From: Lingula anatina
Taxonomy: Eukaryota > Animalia > Brachiopoda
Assembly: GCA_051362555.1 (NCBI GenBank)
Contig: CM120641.1
Span: forward strand, 44,088,401 to 44,152,400
Reading direction: 5' to 3'
Length of the DNA: 64,000 nucleotides
The stretch's first letter is position 1; each line of letters opens with the position of its first letter. The translations under genes were made by a program, and so were the position numbers. Positions 51,601 to 64,000 of this stretch are shown one piece after another. Under the pieces are notes generated by a model that saw only the letters and a list, made by a program, of their open reading frames with translations, did no database searches and had not been told where the DNA came from.

Positions 51601-54600
51601 AAGTTAAGGAAAGTTGTGTTGAACAGAGTTGAGGAATTTTCGTTATGCCTCGGTATGTTGCCGTGGGATTCACCAAAATTGCAGCTCTCGTTGACAATCT
51701 TTCTTTGTCTGTGACGGTCTTCCGTGACTTACTTACTAACTTCGGTGACAATAGTTGCGATGCTCTAGATCATGGTCACCTCAGGTGGTTTAGATCATAT
51801 CAAGAGCTGGTAGTCTTTCAGATTAACTGTCATCAGTTGGCAAACTTACTGATTGCTGATGCATTTTAAATGCATTGTAGTTGACCAAAAGCTCGTTTAC
51901 AACAAACCTGTTAATTATGCACCGCTGCACTTCCCAACCCAGGTATTAACAGGTATCAAAATTGTCTTGGTGGGCTTTCATGTTTTTCAAAATATCTCAT
52001 TTATTTCATGGGGTGATTTTATTGGTATTTGTAAATGACGTTTAATATCAATATTTAAACAATTGAGTTCAAACACCGTCGCGAACATTAATAAAAGTAA
52101 TTGCTCTCAGGGTAACTTGAAGCATGCGTATGCCCAGGCATTATTTCCGTGGAAGAAAACGTGTTGAAGAACAAACAGAAAAAAAGAGCGGTATATTAAA
52201 GAAAAAAATAGGAACTTATGTACTAAAATGGTTCATAATCATAATTCGTTTATGCTTTGAGGATTTGTTTCTGAATGTTATTTCATCTGAAGTATAAAAT
52301 AATTTAAAAGATTTATCATTTTATACCTTGAAATACAAGTTCTGCGTCTGTACACAAAACTTTTTGCAAATTTGTATGCTTTGTCAAACCCAAAAACATG
52401 TAGCAGATCAAGGTAAAAGAGCATTGTTTGCTATAAGTAGCAGGGGAAAAATCGTTACTTGAATGTTTACTAAATGTGCAGTTTTACATACGTGAGTATA
52501 AAAAATTAAAAAATTCCAAGCACGCACAGCAAAATGTAGACTAACGCAAAACATCAAGAACAGCGTAATCTCAGCAAATGTGCCCCATATAGTAGCTTAA
52601 TTTCCATTAATAATAAAATCATCATTTTAGTCAAAAATTTTCTGTCGATTTAATAAATGTTCTAATTTATCCAGAACTGTATATTTATTTAAGAGGAGGC
52701 TTACTGAAATATAGTTTTATTATTTGTTTATTTTGTATTTGAAAATTGCCCATGTCACCCTGTTAATTAGAAGGTCTAAGCTGGATCAAGTCCGTGCTAA
52801 AATTCCTATGAAGCTGTGCAGGAAAAATTCTTCCTTTGTTTCTCTAGCTCCTCAATAAACCCGGTGTTCAGATTTTATCTAGTACCCCCAGGTCTGCGGG
52901 AGCTGCTCTTTGAAACTAAAGCACAGGTAGATTTTTACCTGAGATAAATATCGCCAGCCATTTAACCCTCTATTTAAGAGGTAAAGGAAGTTCCAGTTAG
53001 ATGGATTATTAAGATAGGACTTGTAAAGGTAACAGGCATTGTTTACCTCAGTTTAAGAAAAGTATGCAAGACGGAGTGTCAGCGGTTTAATAAAATTAAT
53101 TGAATTTCACATGGCCCTCATATGCAATAATCCACAGTACCCTTTACTCATTCAAATGCAGTGTTTCATACAACTTGGGATAACCATAATTAAATGCTCG
53201 TTAAAGAATTGACTAGACGGGAATGGTTTTACACAGTTTCATGAGGATTTAGATCCCTCGGGTAAGAGATTTGAATGAGTATTAACTTTTATCAGAAGCC
53301 AGAGAAGTCATCTTACAGGTAGACAATGCAGCTCAGTTTGACAGCTAAGCACGCTCTGTTCTCCAGTGGCTCGATTGTCGTCATTGGACCACGTGACCAC
53401 ATAGCTCATTAACTCCCAGGCCGAGCAAATAGGACGTTTTTTAAAGCCAAAAATTTACAAAATGAGCTTTTAATTTGTGTATTTGGATAAAGATATCGTT
53501 AGTTGGGCATGTTTTCTGAAGAATATGTTCCGCTCAGGCCATTCTGACGGCAAGACGCAAATCCTTTAATGGTTTTTAAATGCAATAAAAAGTCTCATAT
53601 AATATATACAATGCCATCTTCTGAATCTCTGTCAATTATTGGAAACAGTGTAAGTTATAAAATACAGAACAAACAATGAATTAGTAAATAGAATATTAGT
53701 TCAAGTAATTGGTGCCTGACTGGGTGTTTTATTTTATTTTTTACGTTTAAGATTATCCTTAAAAGTCTTGTGACTTTGCATAGATATCAGTCAAGTAGTC
53801 AAACAAGGGCATCTTTTGTCAGTTATATGTGGAACATGAACCTTGACGCCTGAATTTTTGTCACCCATTGTTCTACCTTTTGCGTCATTAAATGACTGAT
53901 ATTGAAATAATTTTTTTTTTTATTGACAAATAATTCTTTGCATCAGCAAATCTTTATGTGATCTAATTAAACAACCACCATATGTCGGTGCACTTAATAA
54001 TAATTTAATAACATTCAATACCCAATTAAATCACAATACTATAAAACATATGCATGTTGTTTGAAGGCTGCATGTCAAGGAGAAATACATGACAGCCACA
54101 GTGGCTGTATTTTATTATAATTAGTACCACCAGCATGTACGCTGGCGGTACTCATGGTTTTAGTCCCGACCCGTTGGCTCCGCCGGCTCCGTGTACTGGC
54201 GCCGGATACAAGTCACCGTTACCGCTTCTCCTCCTAGACCGCAAGGACCCCTGTCCCCATCTCTTGGATTTAGGTCACATATAACCTCAACTTGAACCCC
54301 CAGGTTTTTTTGTCTCAGTCAGTGCATTAACCTGGGCGTGACGCTCGTTGAAATGCACCCTTGTCAAAATTTTTGAAAATACAATGCCAATTATCTACCG
54401 TACGGAAGGAATTATAGGAAAAATTTCTACAGACGGCTTTCCAAAAGTCATGTGTGTAGATTTCAAATATGCCCTTGGATTTGACCTTTGACCTTTATTT
54501 CAAGGTCAAATGGGCCAAAATTTTCAAAAAAATGAAATTTTTTACAAAAAAAATATTATTTGCGCTGTTATTCAGACACTACACAGCCTTAACCAATAAT

Positions 54601-57600
54601 ATTATTGGAAAGTGTTACCCTTTGGGTCATCTTTCATCTCCGTGAATTTGGGATCAATCGGTGCATTTTCACGGGAGAAGCAGCCATAAGATACCGAAAC
54701 TGAAAACTGTCTCTAATTCGGGAACCGTTAATGCTAGCGACCCGTTCTTTTTTGCATTTTGTAGAGCATGTAAAGCCCAACATTGCATATGGTCTCCGTT
54801 TTTTTGTATTTCCTACGGTTTTCGTGTTATGCTGTATTAAAAAGTACATTGTGGTGGCACATTATTGTAACTCAGAATTGTAACATTATATCTCCAAAAC
54901 TGGCAGAGATAGGTCAATAGTTACTATTAAAGTTGAATAGGAAGTCACATACTGGCAATTTAACAGTGACCATAAAATTGACCTTTGACCTACTTTTCAC
55001 CATGAATTGAACTTTGCAAATTTTCGTTCCCTTTTATCTCCAAAACTGGCAGAGATAGGTTCATAGTTACTATTGAACTTGAATAGGAAGTCATATACTG
55101 GCAATTTACTGTGACCTTAAACTTGACCTTTGACCTACTTTTTACCATGAACTGAACTTTGCAAATTTTTGTTCCCTTTTATCTCCAAAACTGGCAAAGA
55201 TACGCCCATAGTTACTACTGAATTTGAATAGAAAGTCATTAGAGGCAATTTACTGTGACCTTTAAATTGACCTTTGGCCTACTTTTCACCATGAACTGAA
55301 CTTTGCAAATTTTTGTTCCCTTTTATCTCCAAAACTGGCAGAGATAGGTTCATAGTTACTATTGAACTTGAATAGGAAGTCATATACTGGCAATTTACTG
55401 TGACCTTAAATTTGACCTTTGACCTACTTTTTACCATGAACTGAACTTTGCAAATTTTTGTTCCCTTTTATCTCCAAAACTGGCAAAGATACGCCCATAT
55501 TTACTATTGAATTTGAATAGAAATTCATTAGAGGCAATTTACTGTGACCTTTAAATTGACCTTTGACCTACTTTTCACCATGAACTGAACTTTGCAAATT
55601 TTCATTCCCTTTTATCTCCAAAACTGGCAGAGATAGGTCCATAGTTACTATTGAACTTGAATAGGAAGCCATATACTGGCAATCTAAGTTTGACCTTGAA
55701 ATTGACCTTTGACCTACTTTTCATCATGAATTGAACTTTTCAAATTTTCTTTCCGTTTTATCATCAAAACTGGCAGATATAGGTCCATAGTTACTATTGA
55801 ACTTAAGTAGTAAGTCATATACTGGCAATTTACTGTGACCTTAAAATTGACCTTTGACTGTCTTTTTACTATGAACTGAACTTTGCAAATTTTCTTTCTC
55901 CTTTATCTCCAAAACTGACAGAGATAGGTCCATAGTTACTATTGAACTTGAATAGGAAGTAATACACTAGCAATCTGTGACCTTGAAATTGACCTTTGAC
56001 CTACTTTTTATGATGAACTGCTTTTTGCATGTTTTCAGGCCTTTAAATCTGCAAAATTGGCAAAGAAATGCCCATGGTTGCTATTGAACTTGAATAGAAA
56101 TTCATATACTATGATATTGAAATTGACCTTTGACCTACTTTTTCACCATGAACTGAGCTTTGCATATTTTCTTGCCTCTCATATCTTTAAAACTAGCAGA
56201 GATGTGCCCCTTGTTGCCCCTAGGTTTTCTCTTTTGTCAGCATATATGCACCATTGACAACACTTTTCAAGGAAAACCAATAGGCCTTTTGTCTAGAGAA
56301 TACAGGAGTGATCAAGGGTAGAAAAATGCAAGTCAATTCGAAAATCTGCTTGATTGTACCATTTTTAGTTATATTTTTTTGCATATTTTGAGAACTCTTA
56401 TTGATTGCATCTTATAGAGCTTGTCAAGCACAAGACTGGTGATGGTGTCCCTTTTTGGAGGGGGGGGGGTCCATACGAATGTGCTTACTCCAGCTGGTGG
56501 TACAATATCCGGAGGCGGTATCACCTCTCTGATCCTCTAGTTGCAACTTATAAAAGGCTTAATGGAAAGATTTTGACCATGTTTTTATCCAGTTAGGTCC
56601 ACTTATGTAAATGCAGCAGTTTGTCATTAATGGAATGATTGGACCTGCACGTTTAAGAAAAGATTATCTGACATCAAGTTGAAAGATTTGTTCATCCTGA
56701 GGAGGCATAGCAATTTTAATTATAATAATTGTCTTTTTTGTGATGGGAATATTTCAAAAGTTTCCCTCTTCAGTATTATAAAATTGTTAACATCCACGGA
56801 CATCTGCTCTCATATCTATTGAACCTCTCCATAACACTGGATTTATGCGGAGATATCGTGCATATATTGGACTGGGAAGGACATTCTCTTGAATGGTATC
56901 CTGGTCAAAATTGCCTGGGAATGTCTGAAAAGATATTTAAAGTTTAACAATTAAACTTTGTGGACGATTTATGTAAATTGAGTTATTGACAGGTTATCAT
57001 TGTTTTAATTGCAACTCAAGTGCTGTATTTCATTATCAAAAAGGCTAAATGAATCACAGTATGGAGCTTTATTGGATTTTTTACCTGAATTTGACCTTTG
57101 ACATCTTGGTACGCTCTCATTAACATTGTGTTGTTACCATAATGGAGCTGATATTCTTGGACAAACTGTGGACCTTTATTTCCTCCAGTGCCTATTGCTA
57201 TGTTTCTCCCCTTTGTTAAAACTGCTGTTATTTTTCTAACCCTCCCAAAGTCAAACTGAAGCCACTGGTATTTGTTACGTATTTGTGGTGCCCAGCTCCC
57301 TGAGAGTTTACCATCTTGTATTGAGTATATTCTTGCAGCTTCCTCATATGGATATACATATGAGGAAACTTTAATCTGGGCACCTGGGAGTGGATTTTTT
57401 CCAGACACCAGCAGACTTTTACAGTCCTCTGGAGGAAAATGTGATTTGAGACCAAAAATTGACAACCGCATGGCTTGGATTTTCTGACTATGCAGATCAT
57501 ACTGCTGCTTCTGCTGAACAATCTGTTGTCTCTGTTGATCCATTTGCAGCTTTTGTTGTTCTATTTGCTGCTTTTGAAGTTCATGCTCTTGTTTTTGAAG

Positions 57601-60600
57601 TTCTAACTGCTGCTTTTGCTGATTAAGCAACTGCATTTGTTGCATAAGTAACAATGACTGTGAGTTGAGTAGCATGGCTTGGTGTTCAACCTTTTGCTGG
57701 AGCTTAGAGACAGCAGAGTACAGGTCTCCTGTGCTTACTGCAGTAGAGGTTAGACTGGGTGCTGGTATAGCAGGAACACAGTAGAGTGTGATACACAATG
57801 TCAACAACAGCAGAGCTGACTTGGATGATAGTGGAGACATCCTGCTCTATGTGATGTTCACTGTCAAATGAACTACTGTTTAGTTAAACACATGTGAGCA
57901 GTCAATACTGTATCAGTCAAAAGATAAATTGCTATTGTTGATTTGTTATTAATTTTATCAGTTTTGTGTTATCTTTTCAAAGGTTATATTTAAAGAAGGA
58001 ATTTGTCCTAACTTTCAAGTTCAGTTTTGGTATGGATTTATTTGATAGAAATGTTACTTATTAAAAACTTACAATTAAAATGAAAGTATTTTAGATGTTT
58101 TGATCAATGCGCCGGACCTTAGATTGATTGGTTTTTAATGCAATAAAATGCCTTATACACACATTGTCATCTTCTGAATCAACTGTCATTTACTAGATAA
58201 GTTATAAAATACAGAACAAACAATGAGTTACTAATAAAGGGACATATACATGTAAGTTCAAGTACTAGCTGCCTGACTGGGTGTATTAATTTTTTTTTCT
58301 GTTTAAGATAATGTTTTATAGTCTTGTGACCTTGCACGAAAATCAGCCAAGCATATTCAGTTACATGAACTAGGATGCCTTAATTTTTTGTGTCACCCAC
58401 CTTTTGCATCATTATATAACTGACATAAATAAATAATAATTTTGTTCATTGACAAATAATTCCTTGCATCAGCACAGCAAATCTTTGTTATCTTAATGTA
58501 ATCTAATTAAACAAGAAATAGCTTGAAAAGAAATTGTAATATAAAGACCTGTGTGTTTAGATTATTTTCAAAGTGTTATATTCCATGATGATATAAAAAG
58601 ATATTTCATATGAATCGGGATCCCACTGCCAGTCATTGCTGAATTATTTGGTTGATAAACTGGATTCCAAATCTTACCATGTTAAACTTAAGGTAGGTGT
58701 GTTATGTGTGTGCATGGTACATATGTGTTATTAACATATATGTATACACACACACACATATATGCAGAATTAATGTGTGTGTGTGTGTGTGCGTGCGTGT
58801 TCATGCATGCATTTGTATTTTTCTGCCTATTTTATACCAAATCCATAGTTTATACCAAAGAAAGATGCATATGCAGGTGCATGAAATGCTTAAATTGTAG
58901 CACTGAATGAAATTCAGAATAATTTTGTGTAAAAGGAAACAAAAAAATCCTAATATGATACCAAGTTTTGAAAATGAAAGTGCACTATGTTATTCAAAAT
59001 AATATAATGATTTTAAATTCCTTTGAATTTTCAGGTGATAAAGATAATGAGATACCTTGTGGACAATGGCCACCATGAATTTGTGGAGGGACTGAGAAAA
59101 AAGTCCAGGGGCATCAAAGAAGCAGAAAGTGAGATTTTCAAACTTGAGTATACTTTCAAAAAATGACAAGATAAAGTTATCATGCTATTTTCATTATTGA
59201 ATACACTCAGTCAGCTACAACAAAGCCACTGTAGTTAATTGTTTATCCTGGTATAGGTTCTTGGTGTTATCTCGTTTAATCTTGTATCACTGTATTGTTC
59301 ATATTACAATTGTATAGTCACCATAATATGCACTGGTAATTGAAATGAAATAATTTCTTTTTAACAGCACATGATTTGCATTTTATTTTGGTGACCAGAC
59401 TTTTTTAAATAAGTCAAACTTCGAAGGTGTTTTATATGCAAAGTCAAACATAGTAAATATTTATTCGTGTGTAGGTTTTGGGGGTCCCCCAGATCCTCTC
59501 CATGGCAACACACCTTATGAGACAGTAAGAAAGGCAGCCAAAGTAAGGGCACTATCGCTTTATATGTCTAACAACCCTACATAATATATATGAAAAGATT
59601 ATTTTCTGGATCATTCAGAAATTTATGAATCATTCTTCCTACAAACTCCAGTTACTCAAAGAAAAAAGAAAATTTCTGCCATGAAAAAAAATTGATACGT
59701 AAGTAAACATGTAAAAGCAAAATAAATAAATGACAGAAATAATAATGATGACAATAAAGTTGATGGCACTACATGTACATGTATACACTGTTTTTATAAC
59801 TACACATGGTGTACTATTAGAGTTTTGAATAGTTAATGTTGTTTTACTAGTCTGTGATATTTTCATCCCAGGAGCTGTCCCAGCAGTTGTACAATGAGAC
59901 TGGCATGCAGCACAGAACAACGCCACCAGAGGGCAGGATTGAGGCTGGTTAGTGGAAAGATTTATTGTTGTATGATCACTCTCGTGTGGTATTCACATTA
60001 CACTGTACTGGAAAGTTTCACTGTATATTTAGCTCATGGCTTATAAGAATAAAGGAAGGTTATACTTGCAACTTTGGCAACAAGAAAGAAGATGACAAAC
60101 ATAAGCAGAACACATTTACTGCGTTTGAGTTTTTTTATTGTTTTTTATTGTAAACTTTCCATTTCAGTTGGGATTAGTGGTTCTACTTCGTCTGGTTTGG
60201 AAGGCTTTGGTAACAGCCCCAACAAAACAACAAGTAAGTTTGCTACTGTAGCACTAACTGTAAGAGTTTTCTTTTGTAAAGTCAATGAAGTGAAAATTAT
60301 AATGTTGTGAGTACATGTAAATTGCAGATCATGATTATAATTTACATGTATATATAGTTAATTGAAATATAGATCTATAACAGTTACCATAGATCTTGTA
60401 ACAATAAGGCTTGATTAGAATAAAATCAAAATTCTGTTCAAGCAGTTGGTTTTAGTATTTTATGATTGAATGATAGATGCTTCAAATTACTGTTTTTCTT
60501 TTTATCAAGAGCTTGTAAAATATGTGGGTATTACCTCCAATATTTCTGTGACTGTCAGTCACCATCATCAGGGAGTAAATGACTAGGGTCATTTCACCTG

Positions 60601-63600
60601 GAATGAAAATCCAGGTCAATTGCCCCTAATCACTGTCATTTACTCCCTGATGATGGTGACTGACAGTCACAGAAATATTGGAGGTAATACCCACATATTT
60701 TACAAGCTCTTGATAAAAAGAAAAACAGTTATTTGAATTTATACATACAGAGCTAATGAAACTGTTCTCTCATGAATGATAGATGGTTTGTATTTTAATA
60801 CAAAAAAGATATTATCAGCACCCAATGATTTTGGCACAGTAAATACTGAAATTAACAAGACAGAGACTAAGCTTTTTGTATATATTATTCAGTTGAATTA
60901 TGCATAAAATGAATAAAGTAATACATGTTTTTAAGAACTGAATGTACTTTGTCTTGTTAGTCTCAGTCCTTTTTTTTTTTACATGCAGAAAGCCTTGGCT
61001 CCACAGTGGTCAGTGGCCTGAGAAGTCTTGCGGACAGTCTTTCTGACCACAGTGAGACCACAGCCAGGACAAAAGCTGCAGATTTCAAGCGTCCATTTGA
61101 CCAGTACACCAGAGTTAGACTCCAGGAGGCAATTTCTCCTGGAAAATCTCAAGAGAACAGCATTACTGATACACATAGAGGAACACAGAAAGGTACTGTA
61201 ATTGTTTAATATAAGAATGTATATAATCAGATATGTATTTATATCTACCCAGCCAATGTGGCATTATGAATTTGCATCAAACCATGATATGTACAATTTT
61301 GAATTCAAACCATGGCGTGCAACTTTCTCACAGCATAAATTATTGTCCTGAAGATATCCTAATTTCTTTCACAACTTCTATGACCACCTGGACTGTTTTT
61401 ACTGTCGTAAGTATTGATTGAACACAGAGTATTCAAACTACACCCAGGCTTATAGTTTGCTATTTCTCCTCTTTGCTCACTGGTACATTTTAATGTACAA
61501 TCTTTAACGAGATTGAACGGTAACACTGATAATAAAAGTATTTCTGGACCTTGGTTTCTCTGTTATAATACATGCACTCCTCTGGGTATATATCATGAAA
61601 TATGTACCAAATGGAAATAACATGTCAGGCAAAGTTTCAGCATACATGTTATATGTTTTTGTAACAATATGTCTTTCAGATTTTGATTTATTTTATTTTT
61701 GGAAAGTTATAGTCATTTTGACATGCAATACTTAATGAATAAATAAATGGATAAATAAATAAATAAAAGAGCAGGAAGGAGAGACAATCTTGAATTATTG
61801 AGTTCAGTTTTTACTTTTCTTTTTAGCTCGGGTAAAAGGACGACCAGGAGGAGGTTGGGATGATGATGAGGAGGAGGAGGTAGTAAGTAGTGGTTCTGGA
61901 AGTCAACTGGGAACCAGTTCTAGCTGGAACCTGCATGACAGATCAACTGGACACAGTGCTGGTAGTAATGAGTTGTCTGACAGGTAATTGTTATCTTTAC
62001 CTTTAAGCTTGCCTTTGTAAAGCTAGTTTTTCTCCCAAATGCTTGAAGCAGGGATGAGAGTTTTCCACATATTTGCGAATTTCATTCTTTTGGGGAGCCA
62101 AATTATCATTGGCCTAGGCAGCACTTAGACCCAACACTGTATTTTTTGCACTAAATAGCAGACTCAACCCTATTGAAGGTGCATATTAAGCAAGCACTTA
62201 TGTCCAATTATTATTGCCAGTTAAATGAATCTATTTCCTATTATTCGCTGACCAGGATGAATTCCTTGACTGTGAGTGATGACTGGTCATCTGAGGTCCA
62301 GGCAGTCAACCAGTTTACCTCAAAGAGTGCCAAACTACTCCCTTCTCGGAGAGAAATCCAGGAGTTCCTTAAAAGGTATACTTGGAAAATTGTGTTATGT
62401 GCAGTTATGTCACTTTTCAGTGATCTCTAAAACTAAAGGTGCTTGTTGTATTTTTAAAAAATATTATTTGACTTGGTTTAATAAGCTTGACTTTAACAAG
62501 CTTGGTTTTATCTTGCTTGCCTCAGAGGTCATTTCAAATGAAATACATGTTGACCTAAAGAGCTTGGTTTAATTTTTATTAGCCATTTTTAAAAACTTGA
62601 CTGATAGATTATGTAAAGATGTTATATGCAGCTCTGTTTTTTTTTTTTTTTTTTTTTTGTTTAATTTTTCATCAGCAAATACACTCTGCAGCATTCTTTT
62701 CATAAAAGTTTTTTTTTAGGTGCCAAATATTGAACTGTGAAAAAATAACAGACTTGTTAAATGATGCTCTCACTTCTACAAATGATGTGATGCTCATGGT
62801 AGGTGGTATTGGAGACTAAAGCAATTATCCAGGCCATCTCTAATGAATTTCTTCAGAAAACTAAGAGCATGATAAGCATCAGACTGCAATTGAATATTTT
62901 TTTAGATACTTTTAGTATCCAACAAATACAATTGTCAGTGATTCTTAGTCACAGCTTTTTCAGGTGTCTGTTTCTCAAAAAAATTATAATATTTCAGTCT
63001 TATAGTCTTAAACCGATTAATATACATTGTGAACTACTCTAATTTTAAAAACTGACCTGAAATCTCCTATGAAACGATTTACCCATGTTAATGTTAACAC
63101 TGAGAGTGACAGTCAATATGAAGATTATCACAATTTGCTGTAGGGATGTAGTTAAGGACTAAAATAAAAGAGGCAAATGGTCATTAAGATTCTTTGTGAA
63201 ACACAGCATAGTCAGCTAAAATTCTTAGCAGTTAAGTCTTTGCTTTGAAAAATATATAGACCCTAGTTTAGCAAAAGTGTAGTTGACACAACCCATGTTT
63301 TGGGATGTAGCAACTCCAGACTTCCCTCTCCAGACGAATAGATTGCAGTTATGTGATTACTATTGAATGCTACCTTTTTCAGCGGTGCTTACTTCTGTTG
63401 GAAGCAATGATGCGGTCAGATCTTTTCACCGTGGACCAGTTGACTTTGGTGTTCAGCAAGAACCTTATTATGTTTTATCAACATAAAGAAGGGGCAGTCC
63501 AGGCCAAGGCCAGAAAGGTCAGTTTTACTGTATGAGAGCATATTTGTTGTATGGATGCTAGGAGGGGATGGGGGGTAATAAAAATCTTCTGCGACACAGT

Positions 63601-64000
63601 CACTGTGGTCAATTTGTAATGCATACATGATAGATTTAAATCCTTAGGAATTGTTTTTATTTTATAAAATGGAATTATGCTTGATGCTATGATGGTGTTA
63701 TTACATAAGTTTTTATATAAAAGAGAAGTACAAATATTATCTGATATCATGTTAGAGATTAATTTTGTATTCCAGATAATTCGACAGATGGAAAAACTTT
63801 CCAAACACTCAGAAGTCTTTTCAGTCATACCTGCAACTAGTTCAACCAACACAATCCCCATGTCTTCAAGCTCAACTAACACAATGAATAAGTCTTCCAC
63901 TGGTACTTCCATTGATGGACTTGCACAAAGTTCAGATACAAGCTTAGTGGCACCATTTTATGTTAGTACAGATACACTGTTGATAAATAATTCTGGCGAG
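48626..64000 (+). CDS. TEPSIN: AP-4 complex accessory subunit tepsin (ENTHD2), 3'-incomplete
   Basis: Exons 48626-48685, 49058-49130, 58601-58692, 59035-59128, 59475-59542, 59872-59947, ~60168-60232, ~60989-61192, ~61827-61983, ~62255-62375, ~62721-62797, ~63383-63517, 63776-end. Translation: LDKISFLKEYPLLEKATGDNEQPTAGYMFKEINNISYESGSHCQSLLNYLVDKL...HVKLKVIKIMRYL...FGGPPDPLHGNTPYETVRKAA (ENTH), then LEGFG, PGGGWD and LNCE..KARKIIRQME (tVHS-like). Confidence 0.92.
50117..51030 (-). CDS. Secreted coiled-coil + F5/8 type C (discoidin) domain protein, short paralog, ~248 aa, nested in the TEPSIN intron
   Basis: Exons 51030-50422 and 50254-50117. Signal peptide, Q/L-rich heptads, then PPEDC...ITVSS...SWVP...QWLQFDFG..KITAILTKGR...FVQEYQLHYG...TFPGNFDQDTVQENVLPSPIHARYLRINPVLWKGYINMRADVRGC*. 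Confidence 0.9.
54121..56542 (+). mobile_element. Helentron-associated (HINE-like) element with an internal ~145-bp satellite array
   Basis: 5' hairpin AGTACCACCAGC-ATGTAC-GCTGGCGGTACT; 3' end GGCGGTATCACCTCTCTGATCCTCTAGTT; internal tandem repeats containing ttgaccttt motifs. Confidence 0.68.
54890..56205. repeat. ~145-bp tandem repeat, about 9-10 units
   Basis: atctccaaaactggc-type starts at 54890, 55036, 55181, 55325, 55470, 55614, 55760, 55905, ~56047 and ~56183. Confidence 0.93.
56787..57840 (-). CDS. Secreted coiled-coil + F5/8 type C (discoidin) domain protein, long paralog, ~297 aa, nested in the TEPSIN intron
   Basis: Exons 57840-57085 and 56924-56787. Same architecture as 50117-51030 with 49 extra Q-rich coiled-coil residues. 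Confidence 0.9.
60481..60737. repeat. Long near-perfect palindrome (fold-back element) in a TEPSIN intron
   Basis: Arms of ~103 bp (ttcaaattactgtttttc...gggagtaaatgac / gtcatttactccc...gaaaaacagttatttgaa) around an imperfect inner hairpin. Confidence 0.9.

Larger units (their letters stand above)
49131..58600 (+). other. U12-type (minor spliceosome, GT-AG subtype) intron of TEPSIN, 9470 bp
   Basis: 5' splice site GTATCCTT; branch-like TTCCATGAT at 58581-58589 just upstream of the AG; no polypyrimidine tract; frame joins correctly (A|AT). Confidence 0.75.

Noticed and set aside
54890-56205. CRISPR-like array
   Set aside because: Whole units are repeated with no unique spacers, no cas genes, and a eukaryotic context.

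Overview
AT-rich, intron-containing animal genomic DNA, probably a marine invertebrate; the exact taxon cannot be fixed from the sequence. Almost all real genes are spliced, so most entries in the six-frame ORF track are spurious or partial exons. Left to right: (1) a tandem array of three intact secreted somatomedin-B (SMB) + EndoU ribonuclease genes (+; 6-6087, 8947-16476, 19235-25302) with many presence/absence-polymorphic DNA transposons; (2) PTCD1, a mitochondrial PPR protein (-); (3) a head-to-head pair of secreted galaxin-like dicysteine proteins with unusual low-complexity or repeat regions; (4) a 9-exon uncharacterised gene resembling plant 'RNA-binding ASCH domain' proteins but lacking the ASCH domain, with a C-terminus reminiscent of bacterial polymorphic-toxin domains (-); (5) TEPSIN (+, runs off the window), whose 9.47-kb second intron has minor-spliceosome (U12) signals and hosts two antisense tandem secreted coiled-coil + F5/8C genes and a Helentron-like satellite element. 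Exon structures were derived by hand from GT-AG signals and frame continuity. Family assignments rest on recalled motifs, not database searches.
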